Shown here piece after piece: positions 1 to 10,110 of a DNA stretch of 64,000 nucleotides. Within the stretch, counting starts at the first letter, position 1. Each line of letters opens with the position of its first letter. The position numbers were made by a program, and so were the translations under genes. Source of the stretch: Halocafeteria seosinensis (lineage: Eukaryota). The DNA lies in the NCBI GenBank assembly GCA_001687465.1, contig LVLI01000202.1, positions 1-64,000 on the forward strand, in the 5' to 3' direction. The notes beneath the pieces were generated by a model. The model saw only the letters and a list, made by a program, of their open reading frames with translations, was not told the DNA's origin and did not search any database.

Positions 1-171
1 GATCCTGCTGATGAAATGGAGGCGGCGCATAGGGATGACAGTACGCAGAGCGAACGGGAAAGCATGGATAGTGACTCCTCTTTGTAGCTGGTTTTGTAGC
101 TGTTCTCTTTTCCTTTCGTAGCTCTCTTTGCCCGTAGGCCTATAATATACTCGTCGTCGTCGTCATTACCT

Positions 172-200
172 TGTATATTCATGTGGTTATACGGAAATAC
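172..200. repeat. Short repeat motif A, copy 1 (TGTATATTCATGTGGTTATACGGAAATAC)
   Basis: Inverted near-identical copy at 759-786 and a 21-bp same-orientation copy at 1209-1229. Confidence 0.85.
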
Positions 201-750
201 TCCCCCGTAGGACGACAAGACGAACGAGACAAAGGAATCTGAATCCACGTTGGAGCGATATTTGTTTATTTTCGCTGCCTCTCTGAGGCAGGTTGCTCCA
301 TGCGGGTCCGAAACCTGTTTCCCGAGCGTGCCGTCCTGTAAGGGGTCGACCACGGAAACGTCAATAATCTGGCCCCCTTCTGGAAGAAGCAGACGAACAT
401 CACCCCGGTGTTTGGAGCGAGATTGAAGGAGAGGTTCCGTGTGGGCCGCCACACCCCATGCCGAAAAGGCCTGCGCTAGCCTGTCCCGGACGAAGTCATG
501 CCTGTGGTTATGAGAATTTCGGAGGAAATTGTGGCCACAACGCAGGACATGACGACCAGTAGCATCTACCGGGTGTCTACGCAACACAATTGGCAACCAG
601 CCCAATTTCTTTATGCGGACAGTAAGCCCCGATATCTTGAAGGAACCACTGGATAGTTTCAATCAAGAGATGCTCTTTGGACTGTCCCATATTCTCCAGT
701 GGCACCCCGAGGTCGAACTGCCGCACCACATTACAACAAGAGCCATGCTA
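201..750 (-). mobile_element. Degenerate C-terminal fragment of a CRE/SLACS/R2-type non-LTR retrotransposon (zinc knuckle plus restriction-like endonuclease)
   Basis: My translation of a minus frame absent from the ORF track reads ...HPVDATGRHVLRC...HRHDFVRDRLAQAF...HTEPLL...HRGDVRL...QIIDVSVVDP...REAAKINKY...FVSFVLSSYGG. This shows HxxxC, RHD, E, RxD, D-V-S/T, KxxKY and S/E-x-x-G motifs of RLE domains. An upstream RQFDLGVPL...YCPH...NC segment is in another frame (frameshift near 580). Confidence 0.8.
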
Positions 751-758
751 CCAATCGG

Positions 759-786
759 GTATTTCGTGTAACCACATGAATATACA
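759..786. repeat. Short repeat motif A, copy 2 (inverted)
   Basis: GTATTTCGTGTAACCACATGAATATACA is the reverse complement of 172-200 with one mismatch and one indel. Confidence 0.85.
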
Positions 787-1208
787 TGAATACTGTCAAA
801 ATGGGAGGTCTAGCACTCACTCAGTCGAGCACAGTGAGAGCCGCGGCATACATGGCGGCGTCCCTGACGAGTTCAGATACGTGTGTATTGTATACGTCCT
901 ACCGGAAGAATCTACGAGCAAGATGATACCATTCTACTACTACTTACGTTTCAAATTGCGCGGTAGTCACGAAATGACGGATCATTTTGACGTTCTCTCT
1001 CATCAAGAATATGTGGAATGTCTTCGAGAAGGGTTGTCTTGTCGACTTATGAAGTCCAATGTCAACCTACTTTCTAGGTGGTTGCAGTTAGTTCTACCGA
1101 AGAAGAGTGGAGGTGTAGCTGTTTATGTTCCTAGTTCGGTAACAGGCGCTGCTTACAATTCCAACTCGTCTTTGTAATACTCCAAAACCATCAACATAAT
1201 ATACATGA

Positions 1209-1229
1209 TGTATATTCATGTGGTTATAC
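1209..1229. repeat. Short repeat motif A, copy 3
   Basis: TGTATATTCATGTGGTTATAC is identical to 172-192. Confidence 0.8.
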
Positions 1230-1269
1230 TCCCCTAACGAGTTTAAAGGGAGTTCGGATCCCCTGAAAT

Positions 1270-1640
1270 GAATTTTTTTCGACTGGCTCCATCGAAGTGG
1301 ACGACCAGTTCGTGATCCACTTCCTCCGCCTGACACGTCACTACTCCATCTTCTTCCTCCACGTTTTCCGAATCCTGTGCCTCGTTTCCAGGAAGGGGAA
1401 ATATGTCATGCATGTGGACGTCGTCGGGGTTATCTGCACTGGTATCTGCAGGGGAAACAAACTTACAGGACAGGAGCAAGCTCCGCCAGTTGCGGACAAT
1501 GTCCGCCTGGTATTTGGAGACGGCACAAGTAAGCTGATTTACCAACCGGGCCGACCATCGAGAGGGGTTATGGACGAAGACAGCCGGAGGGCGTTTCCCG
1601 GCTTTCAAAAGCGTTGTGAAGTTGTCCAACAGCCAAAAAA
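1270..1640 (-). pseudogene. Retroelement pol fragment with the start of an RNase HI-like domain
   Basis: ORF 1243..1752 contains ELVVHFDGASRK, which resembles the FDG(A/S)(S/A)R first motif of RNase HI in retroelements. It is preceded by WLLDNFTTLL...AVFVHN, which resembles the end of an RT-associated RNase H/tether, and it is truncated right after the motif. Confidence 0.45.
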
Positions 1641-1656
1641 TCCGGGCCGTTTGTGA

Positions 1657-1740
1657 TGGTCGAGGTGGGGTTCGAACCCACGCGTGCTTACGCACATCAG
1701 GTCTTAAATCTGACCCCTTAGACCACTCGGGCACTCGACC
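1657..1740 (-). tRNA. tRNA-Leu (anticodon TAA)
   Basis: Reverse complement GGTCGAGTGCCCGAGTGGTCTAAGGGG-TCAGA-TTTAAGA-CCTGA-long variable arm-GTGGGTTCGAACCCCAC-CTCGACC-A. Acceptor stem pairs, A and B boxes are present, and a T6 run lies downstream (A6 at 1635-1640 on +). Confidence 0.93.
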
Positions 1741-3254
1741 TCGCCAAAACATCCTCCGAAACGAAACGGGTTTGAGATATTTAAAGTACCGTGGAAAGCA
1801 CCTTCAAGCACCAATCCCAGAGTCCAATTCAATGATCCCTTGCAGACAAGGATTGTAGGGGCAATACTATCTTAATATACCAGTTGTCTTTCTTAGTTCT
1901 ATTCGTTCTATTTGCTACTTGGTACCTGCCCATAGTCAACAAGTTGGGGGGCCCATACGCATTCGGTTTACGGACGCACCTCACCACGGACCACCTGGGA
2001 TTTCACCCATGCGTATGATTGTCACGATCTACGGATAATGACACGCTACGAGTTTCGTCAAAAAAAAGTCCGATTGAAGGCACGTACGACCCATCAAAAG
2101 ACCCATTAGAACAGCGTCCGTATAGAATGGCTCACTTTACCCACGTTCTATACTGCCAGATTGTGTAAATTTCGGATCACTTTTTTCACTGGCCGACGAG
2201 TCGGCGACGACCGGCGAACCACAAGGGGGTTGAACAAATAACCAGGAAATAGAGGTCGAGTGCCGGGGGAAACTGAGAGATGGAGGGATTTCCCAAGATG
2301 AACGTCTCGAAGAAATCGATTGTCTCCATGTCGCCACATATTCAATACGTGTACGGGATGCTTGACCCGTGTCATATTGGACTTCGGCAGCAAACAAAAC
2401 GACCTCGCAAAACAGACTATATTGAGTTGGCGTGTGTAAACGATTCACATCTATGTCTTTTGTACGAGCGGGGGAGGAGTGCCGAGTTCTGTGTGATCAA
2501 CGTTCCCTCGGCAACAGCGCTGAGTCAAATAAGCAAAGGCGCAATCGTGAATGGTTGATTATACGGGAACAATGGCGACATCCTTCGCTTGCGCCAGGGA
2601 TGGCTCCCAGAAGCAACGAGGGCATTAAAAGATCCTGAGAATTGGTGTGAAATCTATGGAACTGGAAAATTCAATGTAGATGTAAGCGGAAATCCTCTAG
2701 CTTCGATGAAAGTCTCCGAGCTGACGCATGTTCGTCAGATCCCGTGTGATGCTCCTGGAGCTTAGTATCTCGTGAACCTGCTTGCAAAGCCTCCCAGAGA
2801 GATGAAGCCCTCCGGTAAAGAGATATTCCAGCCATTGCCGACACGTTCTCCATTTTGTAAAGCAATACGTCGAGAGTATGGTCATCAACAGAGAAAGACC
2901 TGGATAACATGGGCATCTCGGATAGTTCGGGTTAATGGCAATATTGGAGTAAGTTAAGTTTTGTTTGGCATCATGCTTTTCGCATTAATCCGGTAACTAC
3001 TGAGACAAGTCTTTTCTCAGTATTCTGTGTGACACGAAATGCCCCTGGCAAAAAGTCGTCGTTCTGGCTGTTTTTCAAAAACGACCCCGCCATGTTTGCT
3101 GCACATGCAGTACGAAAGCGGGAGCACATGTAATGAGGCACTCACTCTGCAGAGTGATGGTAACACGACCAATGTATGCCGACATTTGATGGCCCATAAT
3201 GGATGGGAGAATGCTCTGGAACAGCGGAAGGAAAGAAGATAGAAGCGGCTCCCT

Positions 3255-3288
3255 GGCCGGTGGGCTATCTGTCACATATGTGTGTGTG
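3255..3288 (+). repeat. 34-bp dispersed mini-element B, copy 1 (GGCCGGTGGGCTATCTGTCACATATGTGTGTGTG)
   Basis: Identical inverted copy at 38232-38265 and a one-mismatch copy at 56599-56632. Confidence 0.92.
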
Positions 3289-3470
3289 AGCAACCTAGTT
3301 TGTTGCACCACACGACGTCCATGGGTGGAAGCAAAAGACGAAGGGAGGAGACGATTGATAGAATAGCGACATTCACCGTTGATGAGAATATACCCTTGAA
3401 TTTCAGCCATTCAAGAGGATGCTGGAGAGCGGCGCTGGCATAGTGTCTACTGCATGCTCAACAGATTCCT

Positions 3471-3690
3471 TTCTCTTGGAAATTGGCCAAAACGATTCGA
3501 GTCTTGATGGTCGATTTAGACCCTCAATGCAACCTCACGCAAGCTGTTTTGATGCCGATGATACAAAGGGGGCTTGGATATAGAGGGGGATAGAGGAACA
3601 GGTCGTTATGGAGGAATTTTATAAGGAGCATCCTGAATCGTCTCTGTTGACCACTTTACGTCCGTGGTTCGGCGACCATGATTCGAAGCC
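3471..3690 (+). pseudogene. Frameshifted fragment of a bacterial-type ParA/Soj (AAA_31) ATPase
   Basis: Reads WKLAKTIRVLMVDLDPQCNLTQAVL (ParA Walker A' motif VDxDPQxNLT). After a frameshift and stop near 3580 it continues as VMEEFYKEHPESSLLTTLRPWF. The deviant Walker A (KGGxGKT) is missing. Confidence 0.7.
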
Positions 3691-4626
3691 CGGGTTTTCC
3701 TTTGTGTTTAGCCTTGCCATCCAGACCGAAACTACACCCGACGATGAATTGACTCAGTTTGAGGAAGAAGCTAGTGCGTCTTTAGTGAAAGCGTTTGCAA
3801 AAGCTGGGATGGCGCATGCCTTGAACATTCCGTACATATATATTCCACGGTAACCAAACGGAGTACGTGGCGTCCGTTCAGCGATTGTGCTACCAAATAC
3901 GACACCCGTGGGAAGGCATTTCCGATGACGAGGGTACTCGAATGAAGTGTCTTCAGAAAGCGACAAACTATCCCCCTTTTGCCCACGTACACGAAGAAGA
4001 TTCCGGAGTCGGCGTCGTCTTTACAGCGCATTTACCGTAACGTGCCGAATGAGACTAGGTTAACAAGAAATAAACGACACAGAAAATAATACACAGAACT
4101 TCTATGGTAAGTCCGGCTCTGACAGTTGCAGGAAAATGTAGCTCCAAAGGAGTCCAAACCCTCACGTTCCAGACGGGGATGTGGGCTTGTAGGCGGCTCT
4201 GTTTTCTCCCCAGCAAGTCGAACTAATAAACGTGAACTGTTTGGCATTCAGTAGATTGATGTTAATAGTTAGTAAGTACGACCCGAGGCCGCTGGAATTC
4301 CGATTTTAGCGACCAGTTGCCGCAGCGTCACAGCACTTCTTTAGGAAGCAACCGGGCCAGGCTATCCGCCGGGAATTCTAGAGCGGAGGCAAAGGCACAA
4401 ATTTTGACCCCTGGAGCTCTGTGCACGACGAGTATTGGTGGTCGCATTATATATTGTTATGGTAGCGTACCAACCTGGGATGTCCCTAGTATGTGGCCAG
4501 GGAACAACCTATATCTCGATAACGAATGCGAATTTCGGAAAACCCTGTGAGCACAATAGAAAGTGCGTATTCTTTCACCTGGTACAACTGGTTCCATTTC
4601 CATATCTATACAGTGCTTGTACGCAG

Positions 4627-5982
4627 ATGGCAAAAATAAGGGCGAAAAAGATTTCGCCCTTGTTTCTGATATCGACAGTATTGGCATTATTGAGCATAGT
4701 GGATGCGATTTCGATTGAGGAGTTTGGCGCCAAACCATTTGTTTCAAGCGAAGAAGTTGCCAGCATAAACAGCAAAGCACTGCGCAAGGCATTTTTCTGG
4801 GCGAATGCCAGCTCCAACGACAGAACTGTGGAAATTCCGGCCAATAAGAACTTCGTCGTGTTCAATACAACTGTGCAGGATGTGACTAACGTATCGCTTG
4901 AAATCAGCGGGAATCTTACGATGGCAGCGAATATTACGTGGTGGCCATACAAGAAGCAGCGTCCAGAGTGGTTCTCGATGCTAGCAATTCTTGACTCATC
5001 CTTCATTGAGCTTCGCGGAAATGGCACCGTTGATGGACAGGGTTATGACTGGTGGTGGGCAAAGTTCTTAGTAGACCCGGTGCAAAGACCTTACATGTTT
5101 ACTATTTCTCGTTGCTCAGACGTTACTATACAAGGCTTCACAGCTCTTAATTCTCCAAAGTATCATTTCAAACTGTTGAATGTGTTGCGCGTATATGTCA
5201 ACAAAATTACAATTCTTGTTGACGTCTTCAAGCAAAAAGAAATGATGCAGACGCATGGCTATTGGAAAAAGAGCAATAATGCTATCGGGGGACTACCTGT
5301 GTTTCCACTCAATACTGACGGGTTCGATCCGCGAGGAAAGAACATGCTCTTTGAGAACCTCTTTGTGCAGAACTTCGATGACGTCGTTGCTGTGAAACCT
5401 TCTCACCAAGGTGACGCCTTCACGAACTGCACCCAAAATTTAACAATAAGGAACTCGACGGTGCGACTTGGAGTGGGAATGACCATCGGGTCTGTGCCAC
5501 CTCATCCTGGCACCAACTGTGTCCGGAACGTAACCTTCGAGAACATCATTTTTGACACTCCAATAAAAGCAATATATATCAAGACGAATCCGGGAACGAC
5601 TGGCGATGGAATAATTGATAACATATTGTATAGGAATGTGACGGCCACCAACAGTCTCTGGTATCCTATTTGGATAGGACCACAACAGCAACAACAGCCT
5701 GGATCTTCTGGTACCGGTTGTAGTTTCCTCTATCCGATTGTAAAACAATGCCCTACTCAACCTCGTGTGCCAATCACGAATATTTTCCTCAAGGATATGA
5801 ATTTCACGGGTGGACTAACATTACCGGGAGTGCTGCTTTGCAATGAGACGAATCCTTGTCAGAACTTCCAATTCGACAATGTGCAAAATAATGGAGAATT
5901 TCTCATTCAGAAGGACTATGTTTGTGAAAATATCGTCTCTAGCAACAGCTCAGGAAGCATGCCTATCCCTAGCTGTTTCTAG
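4627..5982 (+). CDS. Secreted glycoside hydrolase family 28 (polygalacturonase-like)
   Basis: Intronless ORF with a likely ATG at 4627 followed by a hydrophobic signal peptide. Motifs are GNGTVDGQGYDWW, NSPKYH, NTDGFD, NFDDVVAVK, GMTIGS and IYIKT. Confidence 0.9.
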   Translation: MAKIRAKKISPLFLISTVLALLSIVDAISIEEFGAKPFVSSEEVASINSKALRKAFFWANASSNDRTVEIPANKNFVVFNTTVQDVTNVSLEISGNLTMAANITWWPYKKQRPEWFSMLAILDSSFIELRGNGTVDGQGYDWWWAKFLVDPVQRPYMFTISRCSDVTIQGFTALNSPKYHFKLLNVLRVYVNKITILVDVFKQKEMMQTHGYWKKSNNAIGGLPVFPLNTDGFDPRGKNMLFENLFVQNFDDVVAVKPSHQGDAFTNCTQNLTIRNSTVRLGVGMTIGSVPPHPGTNCVRNVTFENIIFDTPIKAIYIKTNPGTTGDGIIDNILYRNVTATNSLWYPIWIGPQQQQQPGSSGTGCSFLYPIVKQCPTQPRVPITNIFLKDMNFTGGLTLPGVLLCNETNPCQNFQFDNVQNNGEFLIQKDYVCENIVSSNSSGSMPIPSCF

Positions 5983-6394
5983 AAGCAGACGCCCGAAATA
6001 GTCAGAAATTTCATTGAAGCTTTCTAGAGCGGCGAGATACGATATAATACTTCGCGGCATGAAGTCAGCTACGTAGGTTCGTTGTACTATTTGCATGACC
6101 CGTTTCTAGGAAGTAATGTTGAAGTCCACGCTTCCTCTGCTTGCTCAGACTGCTTCCCTTAGCAGACCTGAATTGACATACCTACGCTTCTCGTCCCGCT
6201 TATTCTATCCGCACTCGATAGATACATGGCCATAATCAAGTTTCGTGAATCCTTCCAAATCTTTCTGAACCCTGCATCTTTGGTTTGGCACGATGCCGCA
6301 CGAAGTATTTCGCGGAAATCAATGAGAAGAGGTAGGCAACTGGCCACGCTCTATAGGTAGTACTAGACCTTCACAAGAAAGCCGATATTCGCTT

Positions 6395-6475
6395 GCGAAG
6401 GTGCCCGAGTGGTTAAGGGGTTGTGTTTAGGCCGCAATGTGTACGCACGCGTGGGTTCGAATCCCATCCTTCGCA
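6395..6475 (+). tRNA. tRNA-Leu (anticodon TAG)
   Basis: GCGAAGG...CCTTCGC-A acceptor stem, TGCCCGAGTGGTTAAGG D arm, TTGTG-TTTAGGC-CGCAA anticodon arm, long variable arm and GGTTCGAATCC T loop. Confidence 0.95.
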
Positions 6476-6486
6476 TTTTTTTTTTT
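6476..6486 (+). terminator. Pol III oligo-T terminator of tRNA-Leu(TAG)
   Basis: T11 run immediately after the discriminator base. Confidence 0.8.
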
Positions 6487-7208
6487 GGCTTGCCTCCGAG
6501 CGAATGACAGTTTACTGGTGACAATGCGCTACGATAGTGTTTTGTTGTTGATACTGAAATTTTTTTCTCAATATTTCCTTATATGGAATTTCCATTGGAC
6601 AGAATTGTTGGGCACGGCAGTACTTCAACTTCGGGATCGGAATTTTGAATTGTTGGTGAGTTCATGGATTGAGTATGCTACAGGGTTGCATTACCACAGC
6701 GGATAGTATATTTGCAAGATGACTATATCTGCCATTTCTTTTCATGCTCGTCAACCCGGTAGGTCTTGGTTGTGACGTACTCCGGCCACTGACTCGGTGA
6801 TGACGGCAAGGACGCCACTGACGGCGTCCTTCCAATTGTACAATTGTACAACGGCTACTCACATTCTCACGAAGCAACAGTAAGAACCATTGTGCGTCGA
6901 AAATTTTGATCCTAAAACACCAAGCGTAAGGTTCTGCACGAAAGGTCGGTCTCTGCGCCGTTCTAAGGGGAGCGCGAGGGTGCACGAAGTAGCCCTGCGT
7001 ACATCAACTTGGACATCCCTATCCCGTAAGCGAAACATTGCTTGGAGAGAAGTAATTTACGCTTAGTAGAGAGTTGACAAAAGTTCTCATTGCTTCCATT
7101 CGAGACATCGGCATGTACATATTCCGAACGGCGGAAGAAAGGCTACTGGTTCTGAGCTCCAGGTCTTCGACCAGATGTCCTTAAGTTCATGCTCTATTAA
7201 TCTCCAAT

Positions 7209-7848
7209 TCATGAAGCAGTACCTTGTGTTCCTTGCTTGTTTTTCTCTTTTGCATCATCATACAATTTCTGGAGCCCCTTCTTTGTTTCTTCGATTTTGC
7301 TCTGGTATTCGCACAGTCTCTTTGCAAGCATCGGGTCCAACGAATCAATGGAATCTTGAATAGTTTGACCTAGTTGCTGCAACTCATTGTACAAATTGAT
7401 AGGTGAACAACCCTTGATGCTTCATTTGTGTCCAGGTCACAAAACTTACTCCAACCACGAAGGTGTATTGAGCTCCCAATTGACGCAGTTTTTTCTGATG
7501 CGCTGCTGCCGATGTCCCGGACGAGTTCTCACCCCCATTTGTAGCATAATGCTCCCGAGAATCCGTCAAAGAGCTTTGCAACTCTTGACAAGTGCTTTCG
7601 ACAATCTCCAGTAGCTGTAAAGCTTTATCCTCAGCCCCTTCCAAATCCTCCAAGAGGTTCGAGTTCACAAGAGTATTCAGACTCATTTGCACCTTGTCCG
7701 TCTCTTCCGCCGTACCATTCATGGGTTGGTCCTGTTCTGTCTTAACAGAGGCATCACATTGGCTCCCTGAAGCTGATGCGGCGCTCCCATTGCCGTGTGT
7801 TGTAGGCTCTTGATTCTCTGAGGGGGCTGACGAAGACTCTGCCATCAT
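7209..7848 (-). CDS. Small coiled-coil protein, possibly Mediator subunit Med11-like (at least 2 exons)
   Basis: Exon 7848-7450 ends at GTAAGT, and an in-frame exon follows TTGCAG at about 7376. The LEGAEDKALQLLEIVESTCQEL helix loosely resembles the Med11 N-terminus; that identity is tentative. Confidence 0.55.
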
Positions 7849-8100
7849 TCACCAATCAAGCAGTGTTGTTACAGTCTGTAATTTACAAATTCAGAGCGGA
7901 TTGTCATAGATACTCCCGAGTATGCAATTTTATAAGCATGAATTTCGCACGAGACGCACACAGAGAATCAGGCACCAACAACCCAGACAATTCGACCTCA
8001 GTTCAGTGAACACCTGGAGCAAGACCAAGCCCGGATTGCCGAAGAAGCATGAAGAAGCCTACCACAGCCGAAAACACAGTCGACGAGGACTTCGGGGCCC
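7663..8100. repeat. Diverged tandem segmental duplication, copy A (head-to-head promoter unit)
   Basis: Collinear with 8911-9312. Shared blocks include TGGGTTGGTC, GTCTTAACAGAG, TGCCATCAT, ATGAATTTCG, GAGCAAGACCAAG and CCGGATTGCCGAAGAAGC. Confidence 0.88.
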
Positions 8101-8910
8101 TCCAAGACGCGAGGATGAAGAGTGTAGTCTCCCAGTTCCCGAAAAACAGTTGAGTTTGGGATTGTGTTGTTCACGCGCTGGGATGTTGTACCGATTTCCG
8201 ATTCTGTCCCGAGAATGCTCACTGAAAGGCTAAGACAACAGTCGTTTCTGGGGCTGAAAGACCTGTTTTTATTTCAATGTTTATGGGCGAGTGCTCATTT
8301 CCTTTCCCACTGGAAAAACCTTCATCATTCGTTTTGAGCAAGAATACGTGATCCGAAAATCAATGTCATACGATTCATGGGTGAAATAAACATACCACAT
8401 TGTCTAGGTCCGAACCCAGAGTATGTTATGACTTGAATCGGGAGTAATTTTGACAAAAAATTTGATAATATGTAGTCGATTGTCAATTTGTCGCCAAATA
8501 GTAGTTGACGATTGCTACGGTCGATTACAGGGGTTCATTCAACCGAACATCACATTTTCTTGCTACAGTGTGTTACGTAATTTCTCCTTCAAGTACTGCT
8601 GATGTCAGCATGCTGCCCAATGGACTCACGTTGGACGGCTTCGTTCAAGTTCTCGTGCCTTCCCTTTCCTTTGCAGCCTCGTGGACGAGTCGTGGTGACT
8701 GGCAGATAGATTGAAACTGCTCCGCAGAAACCGAGAAAGCCCAAGGTGGTAGCGATCAGCTGGATGAGCCATCAGCGGATGATCAGCCGAGCAGCCTGAA
8801 TCCATTAGTCATCCGATGATGAGAGAAAGCATCAAGGATTGTGGAAGCAGTTAAAGGACGTCCTGCAAGAAAAAAAATACGTGCGGCGCAGTGTGACGGC
8901 GGGTGCCGGG

Positions 8911-9312
8911 GTTCACAGGAGCATTCAGACTTGCTTGCACCTTGCCCGTCTCGTCTGCCGTTCCATTTTTTTGGGTTGGTCTTGCTCCGTCTTAACAGAG
9001 CACCGCTTTGGCTCCCTAAAAGTGACGCTGTGCTTCCATTGCCATGTGTTGTAGACTCTTGACTCTCGACTGAGGAAGACTGCCATCATACAGTACTCCA
9101 GAACGACCTTGGATTGTGATAGATACTCCTGGGGATACAATAAAACAAAAATGAATTTCGTACGAGCAACAAAAAACACAGACCGCCGAGAATCCGGGAC
9201 GAAAGAACCCAAACAGTCTGGCTTCACTGAGCAAGACCAAGTCCGGATTGCCGAAGAAGCCTCTCAGGCTTATCACAGCCGAAAGCATGGACGACAAGGA
9301 CTCGGAGCCACC
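8911..9312. repeat. Diverged tandem segmental duplication, copy B
   Basis: See copy A. It contains a decayed 5' piece of the minus-strand gene and the intact start of the Tudor gene. Confidence 0.88.
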
Positions 9313-10110
9313 CAGGATATGAGGACTAAGAAACTCAAATCGGACGCAACGCAGACAGGAAATGACGCTCCACCAGTTATATCGTCTTCTGGTCAGAGTG
9401 CACGGGAGAAGCGCGAGAAGTTGAGGGCATTCGCCCGACAGCAACTGGAGCATGTATCGCCCACGACGCAAGCGAAAGAAGATACCCAGGCGACAAGTTT
9501 TTGGGAAAGCATAGATAAAGCAATAGGGAGGAATCGACCTCTGGATTCGTCTGAAATCGATCAACGCCACAGCGATGCAATTTTTGGAAGCTCAAGTGGC
9601 GGTAGTAAGACAGCTGCCAAGAGACTTGGCAAGAGTGGCAAGGACATCCACCAATCTGGTGAACATTCAGACGACAGCTTTGATTTCGATGCCGTGTATG
9701 CATCTTCTACGTTACAGAGTGACCACGAAGCAGTGGAAGATAATAGTGCACCTCTCTACAAAATCCTTCAGAAAGGCGACATAGTTCTGGCCCGCTGGCC
9801 AAGAGATGGCAACTTCTACGAGGCGGTTGTGGACAGTGTGACGCATGGTGGATACCAAAATGCTCGCTACGGTGTATGGTTTACAGAATATCAACATCAC
9901 CAGGGCGAGCTCACACATGAAGATATTCAATTCATTTCGCGCCCTTCACAAAAAATAGATGAGGTACTGACTACTTCGGAAGACGTCTCCAAGAGGTCAA
10001 AGACAGAATCCTCAACTGACCAATCAGAGGGGACGAGCACAGAGAATGAAAACCCTCAGAAGAGCAATTGGAGATATAGACTGCAACAGAAAAGACAGGG
10101 TGCTCACTGA
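9151..10110 (+). CDS. Tudor-domain protein (SMN/SPF30-type Tudor)
   Basis: KGDIVLARWPRDGNFYEAVVDSV...YGVWFTEY is a Tudor fold with aromatic cage residues. First in-frame ATG is at 9151. Confidence 0.8.
   Translation: MNFVRATKNTDRRESGTKEPKQSGFTEQDQVRIAEEASQAYHSRKHGRQGLGATQDMRTKKLKSDATQTGNDAPPVISSSGQSAREKREKLRAFARQQLEHVSPTTQAKEDTQATSFWESIDKAIGRNRPLDSSEIDQRHSDAIFGSSSGGSKTAAKRLGKSGKDIHQSGEHSDDSFDFDAVYASSTLQSDHEAVEDNSAPLYKILQKGDIVLARWPRDGNFYEAVVDSVTHGGYQNARYGVWFTEYQHHQGELTHEDIQFISRPSQKIDEVLTTSEDVSKRSKTESSTDQSEGTSTENENPQKSNWRYRLQQKRQGAH

Noticed and set aside
677..1177. 166-aa plus ORF as a gene
   Set aside because: It crosses repeat motif A and the antisense of the retroelement fragment, has a non-ATG start and shows no domain signal.
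1243..1752. 169-aa minus ORF as a real gene
   Set aside because: Its first part is the tRNA-Leu gene read as codons; only the downstream part looks like retroelement debris.
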